A stretch of DNA of 61,166 bases, the filler included, from Globobulimina sp. (Eukaryota): the NCBI GenBank assembly GCA_003354225.1. It is 14 parts of 14 records of this genome, joined end to end, with 100 filler letters (N's around TTAATTAATTAA, not from the genome) between each part and the next. Parts side by side here need not be neighbours in the genome. Positions count along the whole stretch, not along the records: positions 43,786 to 48,056 come from PIVH01001396.1; positions 48,157 to 52,426 come from PIVH01001397.1; positions 52,527 to 56,796 come from PIVH01001398.1; positions 56,897 to 61,166 come from PIVH01001399.1; 10 more parts are not named here. One strand, given 5' to 3'. The stretch's first letter is position 1. Each line of letters opens with the position of its first letter. A model generated the notes under the pieces. That model was not told where the DNA came from, did no database searches, and saw only the letters and a program-made list of their open reading frames with translations. Positions 47,708-60,101 of this stretch are shown one piece after another. Position numbers and translations under genes: made by a program.

Positions 47708-48056
47708 ATGACTGAAGATTCAATGGTATGTCTTGGAGTGGTAGTAGCTGGTACAGTATTGACACTTAGGGTAGTAGCCATTGGATGTATGTTTTTTTAT
47801 GTTATCAATATATATCATTGTTATGATATCAACAAAACAAATATCAATATACAAAAAAATTATAAAAAATATCTTAAGGCTCTGTAACTTGCAGCACAAT
47901 TTTTGAAGATGAAGATTTTCTGTCAAATTGTATTGAACCAACAAATATCGGCATCATACAACCAAATGAAGGAGAATTTGCCGCATTATCATCAGTCCCT
48001 CTATTTGCCTGTATATGGGCGTGTCTTTTGGGGTGTTGCTATAATCAATGTGAAGA
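47708..48056 (+). CDS. Small membrane hypothetical protein (3' partial; absent from the ORF track)
   Basis: MTEDSMVCLGVVVAGTVLTLRVVAIG / intron 47787..47878 / CSVTCSTIFEDEDFLSNC...FACIWACLLGCC, open to the contig edge. Confidence 0.55.
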
Positions 48057-48593
48057 NNNNNNNNNNNNNNNNNNNNNNNNNNNNNNNNNNNNNNNNNNNN
48101 TTAATTAATTAANNNNNNNNNNNNNNNNNNNNNNNNNNNNNNNNNNNNNNNNNNNNTAATTGCCTCATTAACAGCATTTAATTTTTTTTTATTTCTCAAA
48201 AGATGGTTGAATAACTTTGTAGCTTCATAATTGGAAAGCTTTGATTGTTTCAACACTTTCATTACATTTTCAGACCATAAAGCAAGCTGATTTTAATAGT
48301 GTCAGATTTTTTTGTTGGTGCATAACGTGCATTAGACTATGCCCAACTAACGGTTTTTTTAAACGTTAACTTTTAATGTTAACTTATCTTTAAGAGGATT
48401 GCTTGCCCTCAGCTGTTTCATAGTACGTCCTCAGATGTTCACTGTCTGGTTTCCGAGGTGCTGGCCTAAGTAATTCAATTATGCATTGAACCTGAGTTTA
48501 CCAAAAAGTAGGATAAAATAACGCAACTGAAGTTGTGTTTTCATCACACTTTTCTATATTTTCTACCTTACTGATTTATTTGATTATTAAACC

Positions 48594-51500
48594 ATGTCCA
48601 CACCAAAAAAATGTCATTTTTTCCTCAACAATGGATATTGCACTTTAGGTAATGAATGTAAATTACACCATACTCCAAACAAAGATAGTATAAATAATAC
48701 ACTAGAGATTGCATTTTCATTTGACATGACAGGGAGTATGAAAGGATATCTATTTGAAGTCTGTCACCAATTAAGAGTGATAATACACGATCTATTCGCA
48801 AAAATAAAACATATTCGTATTTCAATACTTGTTCATAAGGATTATATTGTAAAATATATCGATTTTTCTCGTGATGAAAATAAATTAGTTGAATTTGTTA
48901 ACAATGCCCGAGAAACAAATGACAATGATCACCACGACCATGATAATAACGCCTGTTATGAGTTATGTCTTTGGTATGCCGCACACAAATTAAATTGGAC
49001 AAAACATGCCAAATCTAAAGCACTCGTTATTATTGGCGACAGTTTGCCTTATTCGCCTCATCCACCTCACAATATCGGTATGATTGCTATGATGCTCCTT
49101 TAATTGTTATTATTTATCACATAATCTATACAGATTGGAGAGAAGAGACAGAAATATTACGATCCCAATCATGTGCAATATACGCAGTCTATTGCGGAAA
49201 TATGCAAATAAATAAATATTTTTATGAAGAAATTAGCAAATGTACCAATGGCAAATATCTACAATTATCAAATATAAACAACATGGTACCATTATTTATT
49301 GCGTTGTGTTTAACCATGAATGACAATAAAGAGTTCTTTGAAAAATACAAACGTAAAGTCTTAGAAACAATTTTAATACAAACCAACGACGAATTATATA
49401 AAGCAATTATGACATTATCAGATTCAAACAAACAGATAAGTGGCACTGACACAACAGTGATAAATAAGTCATCCCTGAAAAGAGTAGTCAATGATTTAAA
49501 AGAAATCAAACGAGAAAATTTGTCAAATATTAGTGTTGCTGCCGAGGATAGAAATGTATATAAATGGCATATAAATATTCGACCGCTACAAGGAATATTT
49601 AAAACCGTTTATATCCATTTAACATTAACATTTCCTATGGATTATCCATGTTCGCCACCGAAGATCCATTTAATTTCGCCAATTCCAGATAACATTCATC
49701 CAAATATTCTAAGTAATAGGCTTTGTTCGATTGATAATAATTGGAACCCTTCACATTCAATCTGTAGTTTATTAGTCAATGTATTGAGTCTTTTTACCGA
49801 AATCGAAGTGAATCATGGCGTTAAGAAAAAAACTAGATCGAGGAGACGGAAAAAAGGCGTAACAAACACACTGAAAAACAGTTTGTTAGATACCATTCGA
49901 AAAACAAATTGTAATCAATGCGGTCATTCGTATCATACTCCATTCCCAATGTTGACGTTAAAAGATAATAAACCATTGCCGCTGTTTGATATTATTGAAT
50001 GTGATGTAAATAAATATTGTGAATGGAAGTATGATCATGCAACGAAGAGAAATGTTATTATTGCTGGAAATATGATTGACACACACGGGAAGGGGAAGGA
50101 TAAGGGACAGTTTTGTAAAGTTAAAGCCCTGCAAAGAATACATAGAAAATGTCATAAAACTGTATGTTGGCAATTTATGATTGATAGGAAATATTTGGAT
50201 GCTGATTATATTTTTGGTTTTGTAGATGAAAATGATATGTTTTTTGGGATTAATGCGAATGGAAATATTATTTACAAAAATAATAAATTTGATAATTACA
50301 ATGTATATACAAATATAAATAATGATACGATTAAAGCACAGGATATAATTACATATATATTACATTTACGTAACAATACCATTTATATATTTGTCAATTA
50401 TCAACAAATCGGATGTGTTTCCTTACCGAAATTGTACACAAAGAGCAACATATTTTATGTGGTTATGTATTTAAAAGATATTCGAGTACAATTGAACAAT
50501 GATAACCTTCATAAATTGGATGGAATTATTAAAAATAATAAATATCCGTTTGATGAAATCAATGTATTTAGTAAATTATCCAAAATTGCACTAAATGATA
50601 ATAATATTTCCATGCATAAGACACAAAGGGAATGGAATGCATTGTTGCAGAAAACATTCGTGGCAGAAATATTATTGGATATATTTGAATATTTATCATA
50701 TTTAGATTTAACTCATTGTCATGTGAATAAATTTTGGAATAAAATATTAATTCATGCGATGGATCGAGAAGAAATAAAATGTTTCTATACCAAACAAAGT
50801 ATCAAATGTAATAATAACAATCTGATATTAGGTGTTGGTGTAAATGTTATTCGTGCATCAAATACTTATAAGCGGCCCAAATTTGTCCAGATCTCGACAG
50901 CGATGGATTACCTATCATTGGCTGCCTACAATGAGTATAATATAAATAAAGGCGCGTTTGGTCAACGCATAACCCATTTTTTACCCTTAATTATAAACCA
51001 CAGTCATTCTGAAAGGGCAATGGTTGAATTACTAAATGGATTATGTCTGTTAGCACAGGATAATACATTTAACATTAAAAATAGTTCAATCATCATACAA
51101 AACATTATGAATCAGTTTATTGTACAATTAGTTGCCGCATTGGATAATCCAAATGATATAAAACATGCATCAGACAAAGCATTAACAGGTTACTGTGCCT
51201 TTCATCATATGTTATTATTTTTAGTTAGCAAATATCCCCAAATCAAAGACCTCGCAAAACAGGCAATTACACAATTTATAAATGACGAAGCTTATCGGCA
51301 TCAAACCAATGTAGAAACCACGGATTTGGGTCTTTGGTTATTAAATCTAGCCATTCCATGTAAGGAATATTACTGGAATGATATCTCAAATGTATACATT
51401 AATGAATGCTTAGATCGCAATGTAAAATGGTATATTGAGAAATATCCAGATTTAGAGTACTTAGACGAACGTAAATGTTCCATGTCGGATCGATTGGAAA

Positions 51501-52426
51501 TGACTTTACAATCCACCACAACCAGTCGGCGATTAATCCAATTCCAAGTATGGTTTATTGACAATATTTGCAAACACAAAACATTGGAAATGTACAATAA
51601 ACGTTGGGGGCAACACACCAAACAAGAAAAATATAAATTGATTAAATATTGTACCGATGTATCGCACGAAAAGGAAGATATTAATGGTTGGTTATCTTAT
51701 TTTAATGGTGTTGGAATTCATAAATATATGACCAACATCGATGTTTGTAATCGCTTGAAAGAGGCCGTTCGAAATGCTCGGAATAAAAATTATTATTATT
51801 TTGATGATAATAAATTAAATTTTAAGCCCTCCACCAATTTAATGGTGAATTATCTGCCGTGCCAAATGACAGAAAAAGAATTATTTTTTTTATTTAGTTG
51901 TTATGGCGCGATCAAAAGACATAAGATTATCTACGATAAAATTACGGGCATTTCGCGTTGTTTTGGATTTGTGGAATATTTTGATGCCTGGCATGCCGAT
52001 ACGGCGTTATCTGAAATAAATGGATATGAGATATGTGGCAAAACATTAAAAGTATCCGCTGCCTCAGTATACAAACACAGTGATACTGAATATGAGAATG
52101 AGTGTAATTTATACATTCAACACATTCCATTATATTATCAAGACAGTGATTTGCTGCAAGTTTTCTTAAAATTTGGACAGGTTTTGGATTATACCATTTT
52201 GCGGAATAACAATGGTGATTCGCGAGGGGTTGGATTTGTGAGATTTAATAATAAACAAAATGCAATCACTGCAATGAAAGCAATGAATGGTAAACAGGTT
52301 GGTATTCAAAATGAAAATGGACCGGGTTCGCGACCGTTATTTGTTAAATTTGCGCATGCAAAAACATCGCATAATGCACATGTACATCAGTTCCACGGTA
52401 ATACTAATAATAAGGAGATGGAAACA
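48594..52426 (+). CDS. Multidomain protein CCCH-ZnF + vWA + UBC(E2) + SPRY + F-box-like + unknown domain + 2x RRM (3' partial)
   Basis: CHFFLNNGYCTLGNECKLHH; FSFDMTGSM..LVIIGDSLP; intron 49078..49133 in frame; FPMDYPCSPP..HPNILSNRLC; EILLDIFEYL; LMVNYLP..RCFGFV; LYIQHIP..RGVGFVRF. Confidence 0.82.
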
Positions 52427-52526
52427 NNNNNNNNNNNNNNNNNNNNNNNNNNNNNNNNNNNNNNNNNNNNTTAATTAATTAANNNNNNNNNNNNNNNNNN
52501 NNNNNNNNNNNNNNNNNNNNNNNNNN

Positions 52527-54411
52527 TGGAGTTGTGGCTTATTCATAGAATGACTGGATCCGGACACAGATTCCAACTCATCTTCTTCCTGCAACACCTG
52601 CTCCTTTTTATAGTTGGTTCTGTACCATCGAAAGTATACATCGGTCTGCATAAATCGGATGCAGCCATCATTCAAATTGGTGTACACATCGCCTAACGAC
52701 GAACATAAATAGTCATAGATTTGCTGTATAATATCATCCGTATTGGACAACAATTGGAAGTCTTCAATGCAGGAATGCGATATTTTATTACTGGAATGAG
52801 CTTTGGTATGCGTTTTATGGGCATTTATTCGATCCACTTTTATGTCATCTTCAGTCTGACTATATTTTGTATGCGAGGCTCTTCGCGATGCCACGAAATC
52901 TGATTCATTACCAAATAAACTCTGTAATTTATTGATTTTTGGATTAAATTCATTGATCCGAGACTCTAATAATCTGTACATGTTAACGAGATTTTTCCTG
53001 TGTTTGTGACTGATATTTATCTCAAATTCTGAGCCTTCCAATACATATTTCTCACATAATCGCAGAAATCGCACAGATGTGGCATCGATAGTGGTCATTA
53101 TGGAGGATTTGGGCAATATCTTCGGGATACAATACTGATCAAAATAGGTTTGTAACTGTATGGAGGACGCTTTTACGTTATATTGTTTCGTCAAAGACCG
53201 CATAAATTGGGTAACTTCAGAAACATATAACAGATTCTCAGCAGATACGCATTTCACTAAATATTCTGTTGAAAAAAGTGAGCGTATATATCACATCATA
53301 CATATATGACATACCCATAAACACTTTATACCCTTCAAAGTCACTCATAATATCCTTGAGAGACACAATAAGCACACCATTTTCGTTCAAGTCGTCAACT
53401 GCATTGTTATTTATATCCATTTTTGTGTTTTCAACCTCAATCCATTTGTTATATTGGTATAAAACCCACTGTGTTTGTATTAATATTAAACAATACAAAA
53501 CCGGGGATGGTATAATTAAATACAACGCGTCATATAACACTTCAAGTTGTTGCGAGTCAGTCGACGAGCCCCAATCATGTGAGATGATGAATAATATTCC
53601 AAAAAGACTGCCATACAAACAACCAAATGCCGCAAAATAAATATGTTCTCTCCGCAATAATATCTCGTCTTTGACTCGACTTAGACGGCGGATCACGAAA
53701 AATAAGCCAATAAATGTCAACAATATGATAAGAATTACAATTCCTTCAATAATTACATACTCCTTTAGCCATATTACCAGTCTGTATATTTATATTATAT
53801 TATATTCGTATCCTTGCACTCGATGTATTATATGATTATAAGTAGAATTATAAGGACTTAACAACACCAAAATGGAGGTCAAAACTATAGCGATCAGTAT
53901 CAAACATTTCTTGGTCCACTTGGGATTCCCGAACGTATTCTTATATTTGAGGAACATGTCAGATTCGGAGTTATTTAGATGTTTGGCCCATGTATTGGTA
54001 GCTGCTTCCATTTTATATTGGGCATCAAACCAAACATGCCATGCTCTGTAGGTTGGCGCGTTGTGGTTAATTAATTCATAGTATATGTTGTGTGGATATT
54101 GCGTACCTCCAAAAGCCAATAATGAAGGTAGCTGCGATGGCGTAGAGAATTATTATATACATTAAATGTTCAGTGGGTAATGCTTTTTTGGAGAATATTT
54201 CCCATCCATAGCACAATGGCATTATAAAGGCTAAGGTGAATATACAACAGATACAGAATGCGAGTACCATGTCAGGTTTGCGATGAAATATGAAAGGAAT
54301 GGTTTTGTGTTTGTAAAATCGAGACGCTTGATACGCTGCATAGGGCGCAAATAGTATTGAATTTAAAATTATCCATACTGTGGCTAGGATTTCTCCAATT
54401 AGCAGTTCCAT
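52527..54411 (-). CDS. 7TM-RGS protein (membrane-tethered regulator of G-protein signalling; 3' partial)
   Basis: Multiple TM helices then FMEYLVKCVSAENLLY..KYVLEGSEFEINIS; introns 54046..54106, 53782..53862 and 53266..53314 are all phase-consistent. Confidence 0.85.
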
Positions 54412-54608
54412 GGATGACAGAGAATGTTAAGCAGACTGATTCGCGAGGAAAACGAAAAACGCACCGAGTCAAAGTGTCATTACGTTAATGTTTTTGGATA
54501 TTTCAAAAAAAACTTAGACTGTGGGTATGATTTAAAATAGCAGATGGTTCATTTGTACTTTACAAAATGATTTAAACCATAATATTAATCTCAAATTAAA
54601 TGTATCAA

Positions 54609-56796
54609 TCAAAAATCATATAACTTTCGTGGACGTTTAGCTGCTGGTTCAACAGTTTGCTCATCAGTTTGCTCATCAGTTTGTTCATCAGTTTGTTCAT
54701 CATGTTCTAATGACAACGATGGAGTGCGATAAGAACTGCTAGAATCAGATTCAGATTTGATCCGCTCGATCCATTCGAATAATTCAATATCTGCTGCAAA
54801 TGCTTTGTATGCTTCAGGGTTTGTAACTTTCCATTGTTTCAACACATTTCCCACTTTGCCATCATCACAGTCAACCAAACGCTGTGTTTGTGCAATAACT
54901 GTGATTAAATGCGTAAGCTGATTGTATACATTGTCTGGTAATAACAATTTCATCTTTCTCCAGTTTTTTTTTACATTGTTAAAGTTCCTCCCTTCAATTC
55001 CAAAAATAACTTCTTTTGCAAATACATTTTGATACAATGTTAAAATTAAATTTCGATAATCATAGGTTTGCTGAATCAGATCCAGCTGTTCTTCATCGCC
55101 ACGCTTCACTGTCTGCATCCATCTATGCACATTTTCAAAATTCTTCCATAATAAGCCTAACATTTGCTTATCTTTACCATTTAAATGGATTTCTGTTTTT
55201 CTTCTCCATAGTCCAAGATCAACACTTTCATTTATTTTCAACATCTTCAAAAAATCAATTGGTTGAATGAGATATTCGCCGGCCTTCAAATCACAGGTCG
55301 CCACAACAAACACATTTGAATTCGCTGCGTCTTCGAAAACGGCTACGTTTGCATGCAATCCAATGTTAATTAATGGCAAACTCGAATAAAATGTGAACTT
55401 ATTCGAATTCGTCAAATAATTGAGTACTTTTCTTAAATTAAATTCCAAAAAATAATCCGCCAACGATTCAAATTGTAAATGATCCGGCAATGACCCAAAC
55501 AATGCAGGTGTCTCAGTATCATACGGTACTTCTTGTGATGTTAAAGCAGTCGCATATCCATTCAACGCAGCATCAGTGCGGCTTAAATGTCTCCATTCTT
55601 CGACAAACGATGAAAAATTGCCAGTTGAAATCCATGGCGCCTCAACCAATAACATTGTACCCATCTTTACATCATTGGTAACCTGCAATTTCTTTGTATA
55701 TCTGTTCCAGGCAATATTTGAATTCCAAAAATAAACTCCATTGGGGTTCACATGATTCATCAAATCATCAGTCTTCACCAAATCATCAGGCTTGGAAAAC
55801 CAAAACCATTTTGCAAGTTGTGTATCTTGACTGAATAATGTATACAGTTCTTGATTATCAATAAGATAGCGCATTATTTCTACCATTTCATCGGAATCAT
55901 CGTCGATGTCAATACGTCTAAACACCACATTTATTTTATCATTCACATAATAATATATTGCAGTCTCTGTATCATTTCTACATTCATCCGAATATGTTTC
56001 AAGTCTTTCTTGGCCATACACGCCTTTGTAAATATGTGACATAATATCTGTATACGTCTTTGACATCAGGACATCAAATAAGTCATTTGGGTGTTTACGG
56101 CAAATTGCACTAATTATTCCATTTGCTACCTCAGCCAAATCAGGTCCCATTGTCATTAATAATTGCTTATCAGGCTCAGTTAAATGGATTTTGGTCATTT
56201 CCATCCAATTTTTAACATTAAATCCTCTCAGTTGTTTGATTGCAGTGCGAAATAAATGCTTCATGATAGTTATTGGTTGAATCAATGCTTCGCCTTCTTG
56301 AATATCAGCAACTGCGACAATAATGATTATGTTAGTATCGTTTTCATAATTTTTAAAAACGTCTACATTTGCTTTAAATCCAATTTGAATTAACGGTAAA
56401 CTCGAATATAATAAAGAATCCCACGATAAATGTGGTATTAGTTGGAATACTTTACGGGAACGAATAATTCGACCAGTTATTGGTTTGATGAACTCTTGGA
56501 AGTAATACCTGGTGATATTTAAATGTGGTGCAAATTGATATTGTTTGACAAATGGATGTATTCGACAACTCTGAATGAATGGGCCTGGTTTCGAATTAAA
56601 TGGATACTCAATTAACGGCTTTTCAATAAATAATATTGTTCCCATTGGAATAGCTTCCGTTGCCCGAACTTTTTCGGATTCAACATCTACATAAATGTTC
56701 GGATTCATGTAAATTATTCCATCTTGATTGTGATTGAAGAACTGCCCAAAAACATTATTTATTGTAATTGTTATGAATAGTAATAATACAAATGAT
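54609..56796 (-). CDS. Putatively secreted protein with two degenerate SET-like domains, DEQT repeats and a C-terminal NLS (5' partial)
   Basis: Frame open to the contig edge: SFVLLLFITITINNVFG-QFFNHNQ; two copies of (AT..I.MGT.L..E.P ... YSSLPLI.IG..ANV.VF ... VVA..D...GE.LIQP); ends PAAKRPRKLYDF. Confidence 0.65.
54654..54701 (-). repeat. 12-nt coding tandem repeat x4 (DEQT)
   Basis: agtttg(c/t)tcatc repeated four times. Confidence 0.9.
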
Positions 56797-56896
56797 NNNN
56801 NNNNNNNNNNNNNNNNNNNNNNNNNNNNNNNNNNNNNNNNTTAATTAATTAANNNNNNNNNNNNNNNNNNNNNNNNNNNNNNNNNNNNNNNNNNNN

Positions 56897-58028
56897 GATC
56901 ATTGATAGAAAGCATCACTTATTCAATATTTTACCTGGTTCACTGAATACAATTGGATTAATATGCTGCATTCAAATCGAATTAATATTACTTCCATTGT
57001 CCCCAAATAGTAATTATTATATGCATATTACATATAAATTGGTATTCAATCAGTCGTTAATGTTACAAATTATACATTCTTTGTATCAGCAAAGAGTACA
57101 AAACAATATTGATTCACTTGAATGTTTCAGAGTGGATGGTATGGCCAATACATATATGATAGCCATCGGAAATATTGTTACTTTATCACACAATGATACA
57201 AAGGTTAATATATATGATATGTCCGCATGGTGGCATTTATTTTATTATTTACATGTATTTAATGAAGTTATTGGTTCAAATAAAATGCAATTAATGATTA
57301 AAAATGAATATATCGAGTTGAAACAATATATATTTCGTCATAATTTAGGAGCTTTTTGGGTGATTAACGATGATCCGGCAATTTGGTTTTTAAATCATTT
57401 TAAATTTATGCGATTTGCGTTTCAATTTATGTTGCAAGCAAAAGATTTGTATACGTTCAAAAATAGGAATTGGAATGACATTGAAAATGAATTTAATTTT
57501 GTTGTCCATGATTATATTGTTCCATATTTAAATGTTACGCATTTTATGGATGATATTTTAAATAAATATTTCGGAAACGATTCTATTTTATGGATATGTC
57601 CGGTTGGAAACAATGAATATAATGATTTGGAGATAAATATTGGAATATATTTAACATTGTATTCCAAGAATTGTAGGACATGGATTGACTGTGTTGAAAT
57701 GTATCGTGATTTGGAGATCAAGACAATAAAATATGGTGGCAAAGTTTGGTATTATTCGTCATCTTTTTTAAGCAGAGAGGAGTTTGAATTGTATCATTTA
57801 GAAAATAAGCAATATGATTATGGAAAATATATAAATGCCAGGCAAAAATATCAAATTCAAACATTCGATTTGTATGATAAAATTGGAAGTATTGGTAGCA
57901 AAAACCACTCTGAAATATATCTAACACGACCACGATATAAATACTTGTCGCATTTTCCGATTGCTTGGAAATATGCTGCATGGTGGCTTTATAAAACATT
58001 TAAAAGTTTTCAACATTTTTATCCTTAA
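56897..58028 (+). CDS. Delta24-sterol reductase-like FAD oxidoreductase, C-terminal part (5' partial)
   Basis: ILWICPV, LEIKTIKYGGKVWYYSSSFLSREEF, YINARQKY..FDLYDKI resemble the DHCR24/DIMINUTO C-terminus. Confidence 0.7.
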
Positions 58029-58065
58029 AACTCCAAACTAGTAACAAAAATAACCTCGACGTATC

Positions 58066-59985
58066 ATGGGGACTTCAAATGGTAAATTGATCAAGGAAAT
58101 GGAAGAAAAAATTAAAGAAATTGACAATTCATGGCAAGAAGAAAAAGAGGCAATGAACAACAGAGAACAACAAATAAAACAACAACTCGAAAAAAGAATA
58201 GACTCTCTAAATGCAAAAAACCTGGACAAAGAAGAGCATGTTGCCGAATTAGAAAAATTAATACAAGCAAATGATGCCAAATTAAAACAATTGGAGCAAC
58301 AACGAGAAGCCGATAAACTCAAATATGAGAATGATATCAAAGAGTGGAAAATGAAAACAATTGAAATAACTAAAAATTTAGAAAAAGGCAATTTAAAAAA
58401 CACTGCCATCCATACTGTAAATTTAATAAATTCCAATATTAAACTTATACGATACAAAAAGAAAAATGCATTGCAGTATTTGATGAATATAAAGATGAAT
58501 TATTGCAAATTAAACGAGAAGAAAAGCGATTAAATAAATTTTTCGTTGAAGAAAATAAAGATAACAATTTATTAAATGTCGTTTTAATTGGTATTACTGG
58601 CCATGGCAAATCATCGTTTGGTTCCCGATTACTTGGCGATAAATCAAAAGACTGTAATGGCAAAGTTACATTCTTGAAATATATGAGGGGTAAACCCCAA
58701 ATCAAGTCTTTTAAACACAATGACACCGTCAATTCAGAAACACAAGACATTACAAAGAGGATTGTTCGGCGAGTTTGGAAAAAAGATTTATCAGTCACGG
58801 ATACGCCGGGTATGAGCTTTATAATTTGTATAATATATAAGTTGTGTCAGTTGTGTGAGTTGTGTAAATATGTTATTTTGACTTCAAATAACTTCGCAAA
58901 TTCGCATTTGACTCAAAAAAACGTTTCTCTTCAATATATTGTTTGTTTTTGAATGCATTGTAGGTATTTTTGATTCTGGCGGTAAAGATGTGAACCATTC
59001 AAATTCAATAATTAAGTTTTTAAGAGGCTGTGGTGGCGTCAATGCATTTTTATTGGTAAAAACCAGGCATCCGCCCAGAATTGACATGGCCTTTAAAGAT
59101 TCATTAAAGTCATTGGAGGTTTTATTAGGTCGTGCTTTTTGGAGACACGTTATAATGATAATAACCCATACGAGAGGAAAGGATGCAAATAAAGAGAAAT
59201 TTAAAAAGTATTCTCAATGTTTTCGAGATACCATATTAAATGATATGAATTTGACACCGGATGAAGCGCCATTGCCTTTCATTGGAGTTGATTCGTTTGA
59301 AAATTATAAGGAGCCAATCAAAGAATTAATTAAAACGATTCCAGACAAAAGATTTTTGTGCGATGAGTTGCGATCACCTTTGGATGAGTTAAAAATAAAA
59401 AATAAAAATATGAAAGTAATATTTGAAAATACGAAAGCTGAATTGGATGGAATTCAAAATATAATACATGTTTATAAGGAGGAGTTGAATGTTGCTACGT
59501 TAAGGTTGAAAGAGATGGATCCGACGTATATTGAAAAACGCATTGATTTATCGGCATTAAATGAAGAGAAGAATGAATGGGAAATTACCATTGATGATAT
59601 TTCTGATGATTCTGATGATGAAGGCAAAGAAGTGGAAAATGCTGCAGAATCTGTCCCAGATGAATCAGATGATAATGAGTTGCAAAATATTGAGTGGGTA
59701 TTGGATGATGAATATGCAAAGGTTTATTATGGTGAATTGGACACTGGCGATGATATTACTGTACGTTTAACGGATTTAGCACATAAAAATCCGCGGACCA
59801 TACAATTAAATGTGGATAGTGATAAATACGATTTATGGGTTGAAAAGTTTACCGAATTACAAGATGAAGGTGTTGACATTGAAGTAACTGTAAAAACTGT
59901 TGTTTACAAAAATAAAGATAAAGAAACAGAAACAAGGATTGAACATAGTGTTAAAAATGTGAACACTGCTCAAATTGACAAATAA
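58066..59985 (+). CDS. Coiled-coil + AIG1/GIMAP-like P-loop GTPase, possible myristoylation (MGTSNG)
   Basis: GITGHGKSS (G1), SETQD (G2), DTPG / intron 58810..58963 / IFDS (G3), FWRHVIMIITH (G4); first intron probably GC-AG from 58388. Confidence 0.8.
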
Positions 59986-60101
59986 TATAAATATACTGTA
60001 TATACACATTTATTATAATTTTAAATCTGAGAACTTTGATCGAGCTTATTCAGGTATTCGAAGCATGCATGTCTTAATTAACAAAAGTATTTTGTACACG
60101 T

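Noticed and set aside
47536-47781. Minus-strand ORF MATTLSVNTV...
   Set aside because: Better explained as the antisense of a spliced plus-strand membrane-protein gene starting at 47708.
48410-48440. CTGAGGA...GAAAC on the minus strand, resembling a hammerhead ribozyme core
   Set aside because: Stem II does not pair and no matching stem I/III with a cleavage triplet is found.
4286-56896. Regularly spaced TTAATTAATTAA palindromes about every 4.37 kb, resembling a repeat array
   Set aside because: They sit inside N runs of fixed length: artificial six-frame-stop contig linkers. Adjacency across them carries no biological meaning.
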